Shown here in pieces: positions 36,531-51,282 of a stretch of DNA of 64,000 bases (positions are counted from its first letter, which is position 1; each line of letters starts with the position of its first letter). Made by a program: the position numbers and the translations under genes. Source of the DNA: Prorocentrum cordatum (lineage: Eukaryota); NCBI GenBank assembly GCA_963575745.1, contig CAUYUJ010000150.1:1-64000 (forward strand), given 5' to 3'. The notes below the pieces were generated by a model. The model was given only the letters and a program-made list of their open reading frames with translations, did no database searches and had not been told where the DNA came from.

Positions 36531-38734
36531 CGTTGTCTTCGTTTTTGTTCGCACAGCACTTCTGGCCCCCAAAGCTTGGCAGGTGTCACCAACGGTATCG
36601 GCGGGGCAACGGCCTGTCAGGGATGGCGGCCCTGCGCGCAGCAGGAGATACGCTAATGCCCCCGTCGTTTTTGCAAAAACAGTACGAAGTGTTCGCGGGC
36701 TTCGCGTACATGATTCAAGACTGTGCCCTGAAGTGCACTTTCTATTGTGTTGTTGACAGGGGTGGTGGCGGGAGGGCCCGTCGCATCGGTTTGGCCGCGC
36801 GTGCTCCAGATTCGGAGGCCGCGTTTTGTATTGTTTTTAGACATGGATGGTGGGCGAGGTGGCCGTCGTGGGGTTGGCATGGCTCCATGTTTCCGCCGGC
36901 CGGGCGGGGGAAAAGGTGTATATTGATAGGGAACAATGGTAAATCCTTCCCCGAAGGGGAGCAGGGGCTCCTGGAAGAGGAATGAAAACAAACATCGTTT
37001 GAACGCCTGCGCCCAAAGGCCTGGCGAGATTTCTGCATGGAGAATTGGGGAGCGGGAAGGAAAACTATGATTGGGTACGAAGATCGTTGTAAAAAACCAC
37101 AAAGGAGAGTCCCATTCAGCATCGTCGTTTTCTTATTCATTGTTTTGCCGATCGTCGCGGGCCCTCGCGCCCCCTTCCCCCCCATGGAGAAGATCCTGGT
37201 CGTTTTTGGAGCCTGTTTCGGGCAGGTGGAATCCCCCCCCCTCCCCACAGGACGCACTGATGCAAATCGTCGCATGACGCAGAGGTCCAGAGCCAGCCCC
37301 CCCCCTCCCCGTCCGTTCCGCCCAATGTCAAAACGCCGAGTGAAAAAAAACGCTCACGACTGCATCGCGACGCGAGTGATTCTGGGTCGGCCCCAGGGCC
37401 ATCCTCGGGGTGCGCTCAGGCCAGAATCCCGAAGGGAAACCCAGCCAGAATCCCGAAGCGAAACCCCCCCTCCCCCCCCTTCCCTCCCGCCCAGTGTCGA
37501 AACGCGGACGCCGACTCTACGCTCACATGCTGTGCAGGCTGGCCCGTCCCCGCATATCGTCCGTGGCCCCTCGTGCCTGTCTTTTTGGTGTTTTCTGCCG
37601 GTGACGCCCTCGGGGTGTCTGGGCGCCGCGTCACCCGCCCCCCCCCCCTCCACAATGCGCCTGGAGAGGAGGGACCAGGAGATGAGGGGATGAGGGGGGG
37701 GAAATATGGTGGGGATCGTGTAATCACTAACGCCTCCCTCGCTATATTTTCCTGCCCCGCCTCCCCCCTCCAACTCAGGGTTGGCGGGGCCACTGCTGAC
37801 GTTACATCGTCCACATCCGCCCGGAGAGGAGGGACCTGGAGGAGAGGCATGATGAAGCTCAACGGAGGGGGTAATATGGTGGGGTATAAGTTCGGGGCAC
37901 CTGTCGGAGGAGGAAATGGTACCCATGCCGCTACCCTTCGCGCGTTTTCCCCTGTCTCGGCCTCTTGGGAGGCCCTCGCCGCCACCGCTGGGTCCGATTC
38001 GAAATTTTGGTCAGAACGCACCCCGGGAGAAGTGCGATGAGTATCGGTATCGATGCCTCTTTGGCATCGGTACTCGAACGGTCGCGCATCTTACAGTCAA
38101 CCCGCATAGTAAGGATGGGCAACCTTCTACCCGTGCATCCTTGCCTCCTCGGTCCATCCTTGGCCACTTACGATGGCCGCGCCCCGCACGAAAAGCTTCG
38201 AAATGGGCGTTCAAGGCCCATACATCCTTATTGCGCATCCGTATGATACGGGCCGACTGTATGCCAGGTTACCAGGAGAGACCCTCGCAGAGACAATCGA
38301 GGAGGTACAAGCATAGAGATCGACGAAATGCCGCCCAAACGCAGCTCTCGACCTCGCGTTTCAGGCTGCTTTTGCCGAAGCCAGCGCGCCGCCAGAATTG
38401 ATCAGACGGCTGCCTTCAAACTACCTCGCCCGGACAGCCTCATGGCCCCTTCTCGGGGAAACGTCAGATTCGAGTAAGCTGGAACTCGCGTTTGCCGCCG
38501 CCTTCTGACGAGCGCGTCCTGGATTTTGACAGTCCAGTTTTCGTGGGATGTCTGCAACGGGAGCTCGCGTCGAGTTTCAGACTGGGTCTCGTCATTTGCA
38601 TGATGGCCCGTCGGGGTTACCCGAGTCCCCCGAACCTGAGTTTTACGTCTCCCCGACCTTTGTGTGCGGCAAAGATGCAGGTCCCTGGGGACGTACGAGA
38701 GATAGTATTGAGTAATCAGATGGAGGGGATACGG

Positions 38735-39076
38735 ACGATAACGGTAATGATGATATTCGTGATGGCGATGGTAAGTGTAATGGTCATGGTAATGCTAATG
38801 TCGATGGGGTAATAACGGTTATGATGATGACAATGACGAGGATGATGATGGTGATAATGATGGTAATGATGATGGTAGTTGGTCGCAATGATGATGGTGA
38901 TGATGACGAGATTGATGACGGTGTTGATGTCAATCATGGTAACGGGGATAATGATGATGTTTGTGACAGCACTGAAAATGGCGCGGTGTTGATGATGATG
39001 ACGATGATGATGATAATGATGTTGATGACGATGCTGATGGTGGTGATGATGATGCTAATGATGATTATGGTGATGC

Positions 39077-39114
<38 letters not shown>

Positions 39115-39639
39115 CTGATGCTGATGCTGATGATGATAATGATTGTGCTGGTGGTGGTGATGATGAGCATGATGACAATGATGATGATGATGCTGATGAC
39201 AACGACTATGTCGATGATGATGCTGATGCTGATGCCTCGGATGATGGTAATGGTGACGATGACGACGATGATGACAATGCTGACTACGACGACGATGATA
39301 ATGATGCTGATCATGATGGCGATGATGAGGACGGTGATGATGGTGATGATGATGATGCTGATGATGGCAAGTCTGTTGATGCTGATGATGACGATGCCGA
39401 TGTTGATGATGATGGCAATGATGATGAACATGATATTGACGATAACGATGCTGATGACGATGATGATGATACTGACGATGCTCATGGTGATGATACCGAT
39501 GAGTTTGATGATTCTGAGGATGATGCCGATTATGATGATGCTGACGATGATGATGCTGACAACGACGATGATGATAGATATTATGCTGCTGCTGATGATG
39601 ATAATAGCGACGACGATACCGATTACGATGACGACGATT

Positions 39640-39681
<42 letters not shown>

Positions 39682-39915
39682 CTGACGCTGATGATGCTGA
39701 TGCAGATTACTATGACTACGACGACGACGATGATGATGATCTTGATGATGGTGATGTTGATGATGATGATGCTAATGATGATGATGATGCTGCTGCTGAT
39801 GATGATGACGATGATGATGATGGTGATGATGGTGGTTATGTTGATGGTTACGGTGGTGGTGATGGTGACGACGACGTCGACCTGCTGCTGCTGCTGATGA
39901 TGCTGCTGCTGATGG

Positions 39916-39959
<44 letters not shown>

Positions 39960-40035
39960 CTGATGCTGATGCTGATGCTGATGCTGATGCTGATGCAGAT
40001 GCAGATGCAGATGCAGATGCAGATGCTGCTGATGA
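38735..40035. repeat. Degenerate (ATG)n microsatellite
   Basis: Direct reading. Confidence 0.95.
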
Positions 40036-43000
40036 TGGGGAGGAGGAGAAGGAGGAGCAGGAGGGAAAGGGGAGGAAGAAGAGTGTTCGACGGTGCCCTC
40101 CTCTATCCTCATCCGCCTGCCTCCCCCTCCGCCTCGGCATCGGGCGCCCTCCAGCCTCCTCTCTGCAGAGCAACCCCGCCGGCGCGGACGGGGAGCGGGC
40201 AGACCAGCGGATCGTTTCGGCTCGGAAAGAGCTGCGCGGCGCCTTCCCGCAGGGGCGGCAGAGAGACCGGATCGGACGGGGCCAGGACGAGGACAGATTC
40301 GTTCCGCAGCGTTCGGAACGCTCTCAGAGCGGTCTGGAAGGCTCTGAGAAGGCCGCGGCACCCGAGACGCCCCCCAGAGCCGCCAGATCTCAGAGATTGT
40401 CGACTTAGCCTCGTCCGAGTTCGTCCCCGTCACGGCTTTGTCCGCTGGGATCTCTGGCATCGGCGCTGGGCCCCTGGCGGCGCCTCCGGCGTCGTCTTTG
40501 GCGCACTCCGCGCTCCGGCGGGGGGTCCAGCGCCGATCGAAGAGATCCGCCTGGGTCTTGGAAAAAGGAGGTTTGTTCGGGGTTGCCAGTGTCGGGCGAA
40601 GAGAACTATGCACAAGCACCGATCTTGGCCCGGCCCATCCTGGGCCCAGGATCGGTGCATGTGCCCTCCTGGCCAAGGCAGGATGGCGTATGCACCGATC
40701 CTGGGCTCAGGGTGGGCCTGACCAGAATCGGTGTATTTGCATAGTTATTGTTCCTCTATAATGTTGCTCCTGACCCAGGGCGCCCCCAGCTTTTTGTTCC
40801 ATTTTGGAGCCCCTGGCGCCGCCTGGGCCTGGTGAGGGGTGCCCTGGAGGCCGTGGGGGGCCTCCTGGGAGATCCTGGGGGCACTTTGGGCCAAGCGCAC
40901 TTCTAGCAACACCTGGTTTGTGCTGTGTTTTTTTCTGCCTATTAGGGCAGCGGAGAGGACGAGCAGCGGGACGAGAGCAAGCCCACGATGCATCGCCGAG
41001 CTTGCAATACAGTCGACCTGTCAGAAGTCCGTTCTGATAAGTCCCTACAGGCCTTCCTCTTCACTACAAGTCGGAGGAGGAAAATGTACCCATACCCCTA
41101 TCTTGGCCCGTTTTCGCCTTTTTGAGACTCCTGGGAGGCCCTCGTCGCCACCGCTGGATTCGCCTCGAAATCCTGGTCCGAACGCACCCGCGAAGAGGTC
41201 CGCGGAATATCGGTATTGGTACCTGGTGGTTTCCCCACGTGAAGTCTTTGCAGGCCTTTCAGGCGGGGAACACGCACAGACACAACGTCGACTCCCAGGA
41301 AAACATTGGAGCATATGGGAAAATGGGGGGGGGGGAAGACGAACACCCAGAAAGCATAGGAAAATATTGGGACTCCTGGGATTTGCGTGTGTACTGATTC
41401 ATCTGTGTGTCCCCGGGCCCCTCGACAGCAAGTCCCTGCAGGCCCCCCGTCTTCGCTGCAGAGAGAGAGCGGGGGGCACTCCCTGGAAAGAGAGAGAGAG
41501 AGAGAGAGAGAGCGGCACTCCCCGGGCCTGCCGGCGTGTTCCTGCGGAGGGGCCGGGCTTCTGGGGAGAGGCGCCCGCGTTTGGCGGCGCGCAGCGAGGG
41601 GGAGGAGGAGGAGGCGGAGGAGGAGGAGGAGGAGGAGGAGGAGGAGGAGGCGGAGGCGGAGGAGGAGGCGGAGGAGGAGGCGGGCAGGGCTCGTGCTGAT
41701 TCCTCCGATGCCATTCGATCCGACTTCGGTGGACTCCGATCCCGATTCGACTCGGCGTCGGATTCCGGTTCTGGCTTCCGATTCCTTCATGGAGGCCTAC
41801 GTACCAGTCTGCCGATTTCCGACGGTTCGACTCCGCCCGACTCGGCTGCCGATTTCCGCCGATTCGATGTATTTCGATCGCCGATTCGACTTATCGATTC
41901 GATTCTGGGTTCTCCTGGGGGTAGAGAGGGAGGGGGGAGGGCTTCTCGGAAGGGGGTCGCTTCTTGGAGCGCCGCGGGCCTTGAATCCACATGCGAGGCC
42001 CGCGCCTTCTGAGAAGCAGCCTCCTTCCGCAAAGCCTCCCTCCCTCCTCCTACCCCCCTCTGCGCGCCGCCCATGAGCAGGAGTTCGAAAAGGCATGACG
42101 GGTTCACCGATGTCCCCGCTTTGAACAAGGGATTGCCGCCCTTCCACGCAACTGCTGCACAAGCCTTGCATTCGGTAGCAAGTCATGGGAGCCTTGTGTA
42201 CCCCATGGATTCCGCCTCTGGCGTCGATTAGCGTCGATCAGCGTCCGGGAGTCGAAGTGGTAGCAGCGTCGACTCAGCGCCGCTCAACGCCGATGTGGCG
42301 TCGACTGGCATCGATGCGCAAGAGCCGACAAGGTGGTATGGGATGCTCCCATGAGCTGGCCGCCGAAGCCTGCACGCTGACCATGCTCACCGAGGACATT
42401 CCGAAGCGGAAGCCCCGTTCTGAGGAAGAGCAGCCCTCCGCCCGCGCAGCTGCTGCGTGTGTTGCGGCATCGTTTTTGTGTTCTGAATGCCACGACGCTG
42501 CAGGCGAGAGCCCCCCAGCGGAGAAGCGGCACGCCTTCCATCCTTTACTCGCCGGCCGTTGAAAGTAGGTATTTTTGGATGCCTAAATCCTAATCTACTT
42601 TAGGCGCCTTCCTACTTCAAGAGTCGAGCGGTTTTCCTTCTTTCCTCCTCTTCAGGGGGCGGCGCGGGCGGAAGTCCAATCTACTTCCAACGCCTTCCTA
42701 CTTCATGTTTCTACCCACTTCTTCCGACCGACGTATGACTGTTCCAAGGTTGTAGGCACGGTGGGCACGGAGCCCTGGTGAGAGACCACTTTTGCAGACG
42801 AGCCGCCGCCTTCAGTCATGGCAAGTCCTGCAGGCTGTCAAGATGATCGCGCGCTGCGCTCTAAGGCGGGAGTCCCATGTTGAAGAGGGACCGCCCTCCA
42901 TCATTGTTTAGCCGCTGCAAGCTTATAAGACGGATATGCGCGGAGCTAAGTCGAGAGCTCCACTTTGCAAGCCACCCATGCTCCGTCCGTATGGCTGCTG

Positions 43001-46000
43001 CGAAGTGTCAGCCTCGGGGCCAAACGTCGTGAGGAAGTCCGAGGCGCAAGGCTCGGCCTGCCCTGCCGACACGTCTGGGGGTGCGACGAGACGGAGATAC
43101 CTATCCCATGGAAAAGGGGTGGAGGGAGGAGGGAGGACGGGAGGAGGGGAGAGGGAGGAGGAGGAAGAGGATGGTGGAGGATGGGGGACGGAGGATCGAG
43201 GAAGATGTGTAAGAGGATGCACGATGGAGGATGACACAGAAGGGGGATCATGCAAGTGTTGTGTGCTGGTCTGCGCTAGGGGCTTCGTACATGGGGCACG
43301 GTGGTGCGCGACGCCTACACCAGGAAGCCGCAGCATGGTTCGGCGCAGTCCCAATAATAATGATTCATCCAGTGCCCCTGCATGGCCTGCTTGGCCCCTG
43401 AGGGTGGCAGAGACGCAGAGCGGGATGGCGACGGGGGATGAAAGGGGGACGGGGTGTGAGGAAAGGTTTGCCGGAGGGCAGAGAGGGAGAGGAGGAGGAA
43501 TGGGGACCGCCGATGCGGAAAATGAGGAGCATGGGGAGAGAAGAGACGTGATGGAAGGAAGATGGATGTCGGGAGAGGTGATGGTCATACTGTCAGGAGC
43601 GACAGCGTTGATGTAAGCAGCAGCTCGTGTAAGTTTGCACGCACGTTGCACAGCATTCATGATTCGGATGCCCTTGCACCCTACGCGACCCAGATGAAAC
43701 CCGCCTGGGCTTCATGAACCATCCTGAACCATGATGAACCTTTCTCAAACACGCCGAGCAAGTATGGAGCATGATGAACCAGTCGGGGCCACGATGACCT
43801 ATGATCTATGATGAACCGTACTTAATCACCCTTAAGGCGTGGATAACCATGCCAGTCACTACACCCAAACCATGATGAACCATTTTAAACCATGATGAAC
43901 TACCCCAGTCACTCCAAGAGCTGGGTGGTAACCTTCTGACCGTGTGTGTCGGGCGTCGACCGATAATTTGCAGATGTTCTTCAATCCTACCATTCCCTGT
44001 GCCTTCTTCTACCTCACCCTCCCGCTTGCACGGCCTGTCCAACTTTCTTCCCGCTCGCATTGTTCTTCCTTTGCATTCTGCCTCTTCGCGCAGCGTTGGA
44101 GTTGGACCCAGACCCGACCATAGCAGAACACAACATGATGACACATCTTCTGCGATAAGGTCAATACGAGTACAGCCAAATGCCAGTTGTCTCACAGGCG
44201 CTTTTTTCCAGTCCGTATGAAAACATCCCAAGCTTCCCCGCACCAATATAAACCATTTTACCACTACCCAGTGGCGTGAGCATCTCAAAATTCCCCAGCC
44301 CGCTGCCTACCTTTCCAGGCATGGGGTAGCGCTGCATGTTGTTGGTGACGTCGGGTCTAAGCTCAGCGCGCACTTGTCGTGCCCGCCTGCGCTTTGCGCC
44401 CACGAGCGAATTCCAGTACTGAAGCTGAAGACGGTGCTCCCGCGTCGCATTCCTCTCGGCCCGCGTGCTCGAGCATTTTTCTGCTCAGTTTCGGTGCTAT
44501 GCCGTCGCTAATCACCTGTGCTGCCACTGCCCATCGCTTTTGCGAATGGTCATTTGGGGTTCGCGTTAGCTTCGCATCCTCCTCCGTACGCCTGCTACCA
44601 CGGCTCGCGATTCTCGCATGCGGTGGTCCCACGGTTGTAGTTGATGGTTTTCTGCCGCCCCGTCGAGCTCCCGTACTTCCATTGCCCGCTATCATCACGT
44701 GTGGCGTCTCCATCACTGTAGATAATGACGTTTGGATCGCTTCCATTCGCCCTGCGTCTGTTACCACTGCCCACCATTCTCCCGCGCAGTCGTGCAGTTT
44801 TGTAGCTGAGGACGTAAGGGATCCACATCTGGCACCCGTGATGCCATTGCCCGCCTTTCTCACAAGCAGCGGTCTCAAGACAGCAATTCTTGACGCTTCG
44901 CGTATCCCCAGTTTCCCCTCGGCACCTGTTTGTGCAGTTGTCTCGCGTCCTGGGCTTTTCCGTACAGGCCGCTGGTCAGGTTTCCCCACCTGTGGGTACT
45001 GGCCCTGTGCACAGTCTGCCGACAGTTTGTGGCAGCTCCGCTTGCGAGCTGGCGCCGTCAGGGCGTCTCCTCGTTGGCTTCCGCTGGCATTCGCCCAGTG
45101 GTCTTCTGCATGTGCTCTCTGGCCGGTCTCGGCGCGGGCAGCAGCCGTCGGCAGATGCTCGTGGTTTTGGCCTGCGCTCCCCTGCTTGGCAGCTTAATTA
45201 TCTGGCACTGTGCCCCAGCTTGCCTGATTGATTCGCCCTCTGGACTCTTCCTTGCGGGCCGCAGATCAAAAAGTATCCCCAGTTTCCGTGCCGTTCCTGG
45301 TCCTCCTCCTGAGTGGCTGCACGCGCGTTCGTTTCGCTTGCCCCTCTCTTTTCTTGCTGCCTAGTCGCGGCCCGGCTAGTGTTCGGACGGCTTTCGACTT
45401 GCCTCGCGAGCCCGCAGACCAGAAAGTATCCCTAGTTTCCGGCGGCTGTCAGCTGCCCCTCTACGTCGGGCGCCTCCGGTTCCCGCGCTCCCCCCGGGGC
45501 ACGCGGGGCGGCAGGTTCCTTTCACTTTCGCGGCTTCGCGGTGGCCCTGGAGACGGCCGTGGTTGCTGCTACTTGGTCTTCGGTGTGGGCGCTGCTCGGG
45601 CTTCCACTGGCACGTTCTCCGCTGTCGCTGACTGCTCCTGGGCTCTGCGGTCGCCTGGTCCTTGCGCGAGGTTTCGGCGTCCGTCGGCTGGATCGGTTTT
45701 GAGCTCCCGGGCGCCCACTTACGGCAAGTACACGGAGTGCATCAAATTCAGGGCGATCGCCTACTCGATCTTCTCCCTCCGAGCTGCGGCTTGTGTTTTC
45801 TTCTCCCGCTCCTTTCGGTTTCCTCTCTCGTTTGCTGTCGCTACCTCTTGCTCTTCGTTCTTGTTATCCGTGCTGTCGCTCTTCTTCGTCGTTTCGCCCT
45901 CTCCTGCTTCGCCCGCGGTGCCGTGTAGCGTTTGCTCGGCGTAGTGGCCTCTTCCTTTTTTCGCACGACCTTTTCGACGGCGCGCGGGCGTCCGCTCGCG

Positions 46001-46652
46001 GTCGCGATCAAAAAAGTATCCCCGCCAGCCTATCCAAAACCGATGCCCAGACGAGTTGCCTGATCAAGGGCGTAAGGGAGTAGACAGGGGAAACAGAGGG
46101 CTGGATAAACCGTCGTAGCCCAAGAGGGACAAAAAGGAGGAGGAGCAGGAGGAGGAGGAGGAGGAGGAGGAGGAGGAGGAAGAGGATTTGCATCGTGCCC
46201 GCGTGGAACCACGTTTGTGTTGCAGCGGCCTGCGCGGATTCAGCGGGGGATCCCCCTCCCCGTCGCCCCTGGCGGCCGGCGGGGCGCCACTTCCAGGATA
46301 CTTCGCGCGCTTGGGAAGGGGTGCGGGGAAGGGGTGCCCAGCGGATTCTCGAGGAACCCGCGCTGACTTCCGGAAGGGTCTACTTCTGCAGCGTAGTGAT
46401 GTTCCAGGGAAAGAAAATGGGAAGAGGAAGAGGGGACGGAGGATTCGAGTTAGCGCTGACGCGCTTGACTATAGCCCTGGTCGTGAACCTCGGGGGCCTT
46501 TGGCGGATGCTCGCGCTGAGTTCGGTCCAACCTTCGCAGCCAAGCTGTCACTGCCCCAGCCGCCGCCTCTCCAGCGAGCAGTCCCGTCTCCGTGGTCCGT
46601 GGCGCTCCCCTCTCAAGCATTGCGCGAGCGTGCCGCGGGCGGGCTCTCTGGG

Positions 46653-46685
46653 ATGTGCAGCTTCCTGGTCACGAGTCTGTTGATC
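46653..46685 (+). CDS. AsnB-like gene, coding segment 1 (MCSFLVTSLLI; N-terminal nucleophile Cys)
   Basis: Met-Cys start typical of class II glutamine amidotransferases; joins in frame to SNLTAVN at 51449 through a GATC direct repeat. The frame is open upstream, so an N-terminal extension is possible. Confidence 0.65.
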
Positions 46686-46844
46686 CAGCTGCCTGCGGCA
46701 GGTTCCGCCACCGTTCCAGCTCGGCATTCTGGGTGGCGGCACGGTCGAGGAGGTTTGGGAGGCCATCACAAGTGGCACCTCGTGTCTTCATGCTTGGGCG
46801 CGACGTGACGAGGGTGATGAGAGTTAGGAGGCGGTTGGGAATTA

Positions 46845-47640
46845 TGATAACAAATGATGAGGATAAGGATGAAGACGATGATGATAATGATTATGATGAT
46901 GGTGATGGTGATGACTGTGATGCTGATCTCGATGATGTTGATGATGGTGTTGCGATGGTGATGATGGTGTTGCTGATGCTGCGGATGCTGACAATGACGA
47001 CGATGCCGATAATGACTATGATAATGTGAATTATGATGAGAAGAGGATGAGGATGATGGTGATGATGATGCTGATGATGATGACACTGATGATGCTCATG
47101 ATGCTGCCAATAAGGATGAGTATGTGGTGGCGGTGCATATGATGATGTTCCTTATGATGATGATGCTGATGATGGGATGGTGGTGGTGTTGATGATGCTG
47201 CTGAAGATGACGATTTTGATGTATCCCCACATCCAAAGTGGGTTTTTTGTTGTCGCTGCACCCCCCCCGCGCAGGAGAACACACCCTCTCCGATCACACA
47301 CACGTATCACCATCAGCATGCGTGACATCATCACCACACCATCATCAACATCATTAGCAGCATCACCATCACCATCACTCACTCACTCACTCACTCATTC
47401 ACTCCCACTCACTCCTTCACTCATCATCATCACAATCATCATCGACATCACTCACACACTCACTCACACTCACATTCACTTACACACCGACCATCTTGAT
47501 CACCTTGACCATCACTCGATCACCCACTCACCCACCCACCCACTCACTCATCATCTGCATCATCCTTACCATCATCATCATCATCATCACCACCATCATC
47601 ACTAGTTCAGTCATACACTCACTCACTCACCCACTCATTC
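46845..47640. repeat. (ATG)n, (CAT)n and (CACT)n degenerate microsatellites
   Basis: Direct reading. Confidence 0.85.
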
Positions 47641-47649
47641 GCTTGCTTG

Positions 47650-48185
47650 AATGTGGGGGAGGTATCTGGCAGAAGCCTCGTCTGTGCGTGAATGGCGAGG
47701 AAGTCTCACGCGTGAGCCGTCTCCCTATGGGGCCCGCACCTCATGTTCTTAGTCTGAGCGGGTCCTCCTCGAACCTTTATTTGTCGTCACGTTGGGGCTC
47801 TTGCTGAGGCCTGAATATGGAGGAAGTATCAGGCGGGAGCCTCGTCTGTGAGTGAACTGTGAGGAAGTCGCAGGCGGGAAACCCCTCCCTACAGGGGCCA
47901 GCACTTCATGGTTTTAATCCGAGCGGGTCATTCTCAACCCTGTAGTTGTCGTCACTTTGGGGCTCCCGAGGCTTGAATATGGGGGATGTATCAGGCGGGG
48001 AGCCTCGTCTGTGAGTGAACTGTGAGGAAGTCGCAGGCGGGAGCCCCCCTCCATATGGGGCCCGCACTTCATGTTTTTAATCCGAGCGGGCCATCCTCAA
48101 CCCTGTAATTGTCGTCACTTTGGACTCCCGAGGCTTGAAGATGGAGGAGGTATCAGGCGGGGAGCCTCGTCTGTGAGTGAACTGC
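47650..48185 (+). repeat. ~163-bp tandem repeat (~3.3 copies)
   Basis: GCCTCGTCTGTG at 47675, 47839, 48002, 48163. Confidence 0.9.
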
Positions 48186-48509
48186 GAGTTGCCCCAACGG
48201 CCTGTTCCGCGGGGTTGTCCCAACGGCCGCGCGACGCGGTCATTCGAGAATGCGCCCGCGCTGGCCGAGGCGGCGACGGCGTCGAGGAAAGTCGACGCGC
48301 GCGCTCGTGCAATAGACATGAGGGGGAAGGTGGTTGATGACGAAATAAACAGCAGGAGGGCGAGGCAAGGGCAACGCGGGGACCTGCGCCAGGGTGAGAA
48401 TGATGATGACGCAGGGAAGGCAATACGGGCGCCTCACTAATCGCGAGGACGCCGCTGAGGGTTATTGCCAGATTAGCCGACCGGATTTCCATGTGGGGTC
48501 TTTCCGCCC

Positions 48510-49067
48510 GAATAAGTATGATGACGATGTGGATGCTGATGGTATTGAGGATGCTGAGGATGAGGCTGATGATGTTGATGGTTGTGTTCATGGTGATGAT
48601 GCTGATGTTGATGCTGCTGGTGATGCTGGTGATGATGATGGTCAGGCCGAAGACGTTCGCAATGCGGCCAGGGACGACCATGGTGCCGACGCCACTTGGG
48701 AGGGTGTTTATGTCGATGGTGCTGTTGTTGCCGCTGGTGGTAACAATGGGGGGGGACGGGGCGGGTGAGGATGACGATGGTGGTGATGACGATGATGATG
48801 ATGTGTTTGACGATGAGGGTGGTGCTAATGGTGATACTGATGCCGGTGGTCCTGACACTTATGTAATGACGGCGACGGTGATGCTGATGGTGATGCTGCT
48901 GTTCGTGCTGATGATGTACACGATGACGGTAATACTGATGATCCGGACCATGATGCTAAGATGCTACTGATACTGGTGGTGATGATGCAGCTTCATTTGC
49001 AGATCATGATGGTGCGGACGATGAAGATGATGATGACGGTACGGAGGCTGTATACTTTGATGCCGAC

Positions 49068-49134
<67 letters not shown>

Positions 49135-49425
49135 CTTCTGCCGATGCGGATGATGAAGAAGTTGGTGATTATGATGGCGATGTTGGTAATGGAGGTGCTA
49201 CTGCTGCTGATGCTGATGTTGATTATGCTACCGATGCTGCTGATGCTAGTGGTGGTTATGATGCAGATGCAGCTGGTATTGATGATTCTGGCGTCGGCGA
49301 TATCGACGATCATGGCGGTGATGCTGGTGGCGGTGATGGGGATACGAGGAGGAGGAGGAGGAGGAGGAGGAGGAGGAGGAGGAGGAGGAGGAAGAAGAGG
49401 AGGAGGATGAGGAGGAGGAGGAGGA
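48510..49425. repeat. Degenerate (ATG)n followed by (GGA)n
   Basis: Direct reading. Confidence 0.9.
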
Positions 49426-50195
49426 GTGTCGTCGCGTGGGGCACCTGTTGCCTTCACGTATTCGAGGAGCTCGCATGGAATGCGTTTGGGTTGTTTTGGG
49501 GTTGGTTTGCCCTCTGGCGGGCAATTGTGGGGGTCTCCCGGAGCCGTCGTGGACCGTCTTGGGGCCTTCTTCGCCGTGTTGGGAATCTCGTGGGCCGTCT
49601 TGAGGGGCCCTCTTGGCAGTATGGTGGGTGTCTGGGGGCTGTCGTGGGGCCTTCTAGGCTCCACCTTGGGGCCGTTGACAGGTCGTCTGAGGCCATTTTG
49701 GGTCGCATGTGATGCCGGTTTCGGGCCGTTGTGGTTGCCTCTTCTTCTGGGCCATTTTGGGGAGCCTCTTGGGGCGTCGTTGAGCCATCGTGGATGCGTT
49801 TTGGGCCGCCTTGCGCTGACGGGGCATTATTTCATCGAGGATAAAGGAACCCCTAACCCTAATAGCAGAAGGAAAACGTGGCCACTCTTACGTCCCCGTC
49901 CGTGCATTAGGGTTGAGCAAACTGGGCGGTTTGGCCTGATACACTTGCAGAACAACAAAAAACACCTTCTCTAATGTCTGTGTCCCCTCTAACTTTGGTC
50001 CCCTCCCACAGGGTTACGGTCATTTGTTTGAGAGTCGCCATTCGAAAACCCAATGGACAGCAATGAGTTTGGCTTCGTCGGACCCTGTTGGAGGTTCTTT
50101 CGCGGTATCTTGGGCCGCGGCTCGGGACGCGGATCCATAAGTCAGTGTTAGGGTTGTTGTTGTTAAGTTTTCATGATTGAAAAATAACTATGGTT

Positions 50196-50316
50196 GACCC
50201 CCCTTCTGTGACCATTGTGTTTTGTTATATTGGAGTGCTTCCCCCAGGGCTCGCACTCTTTTTACCAGGGAAGGTCACTGGGCTCAAACTGCGCTGTTGG
50301 CCCCCGGGTTACAACG

Positions 50317-50362
<46 letters not shown>

Positions 50363-51200
50363 CGGCTGCCGCCTGAGACTTCCTCACCATTTAGCCAGGA
50401 CCACCGCTCCCGCCTGAGACTTCCTCGCATTTTACTCAGGAATCGCGCTCTCGCTTGGCATTTCCGGACAATTCATTCAGGGATCGCTCTCTCGGCGCTC
50501 TGGAGTCGCGTTCTTGCGTTGGAAATCCCACCAATTTGCTCAAGCGCCGCGCTTCCGACACTAACGTACCCAGGAGTCGCGCTCACGCTTAGGACTCCCC
50601 CACAGCTTGCTTAGGAATCGGGATCTCGCTGCCCTTCGTGGCCCCGTTGCAGCCCTTCGTGGCTCCCTTGCTGCCCTTCGTGGCCCGTATATGTATGCCC
50701 TTCGTGGCCCCAGCTCGTTCGCGCCCGTCGTGGCCCCAAATGCATTGTCTTCGTGGCCCCGTTGCCGTCCTTCGTGGCTCCCTCCGTGTCCTTCGTCCTT
50801 CGTGGCCCCGTTGCTACCCTCAGTGGCCCTTTCGTTATCCTCTGTGGCCCCGCATTATCTGCCCTTCGTGGCCGCATACGCATGCCCTTCGTGGCCCCGC
50901 TGTCGCCATTCGTGGCCCCCTTCCTGCCCGTCGTGGCCCCGCTCTCGCTTTCGCTTGTCGTCGTCTTCGTCGTCGTCGTCGTCGTGGTCGGTTCCCTGTC
51001 CGTTCCTCTTGGAGTCGGGTTGACGCCGATCAGCGCTGCCGTTGGCCAGGCAGACGGTCCGCGGCCGCCCCGCCGTTTGCCGGGGCCTGCTTGCAGGGAA
51101 GAAAGCTATACCCCCCAAAAGGGGTACGACCGAAGACGAATATGGCGGGTAGTGAGGGTTTGGAAAATACACGTTGGATGACACTCGGGCAGATGAGAGC
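50196..51200 (+). repeat. Dispersed element with an internal ~21-bp GCCCTTCGTGGCCCC array; paralog at 62529-63830
   Basis: Shared blocks GGCCCCCGGGTTACAAC, TTAGGACTCC, AGGAATCGGGATCTCGCTGCCCTTCGTGG, GCAGGGAAGAAAG. Confidence 0.85.
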
Positions 51201-51232
51201 GAACAGTCTTACAATTACTGTTGTTGTGTTGA

Positions 51233-51282
<50 letters not shown>

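Noticed and set aside
38090..38700. Non-repetitive stretch as a possible exon
   Set aside because: No recognisable motif, stops interrupt the candidate frames, and there is no clear splice context
38821..40721. Poly-Met/Ile/His ORFs (also the poly-Val/Thr/Tyr/Leu/Ser/Cys ORFs elsewhere)
   Set aside because: Translations of trinucleotide microsatellites
43940..45960. Overlapping 150-270-aa ORFs on both strands
   Set aside because: No domain motifs recognised; consistent with chance ORFs in GC-rich DNA or heavily decayed element sequence
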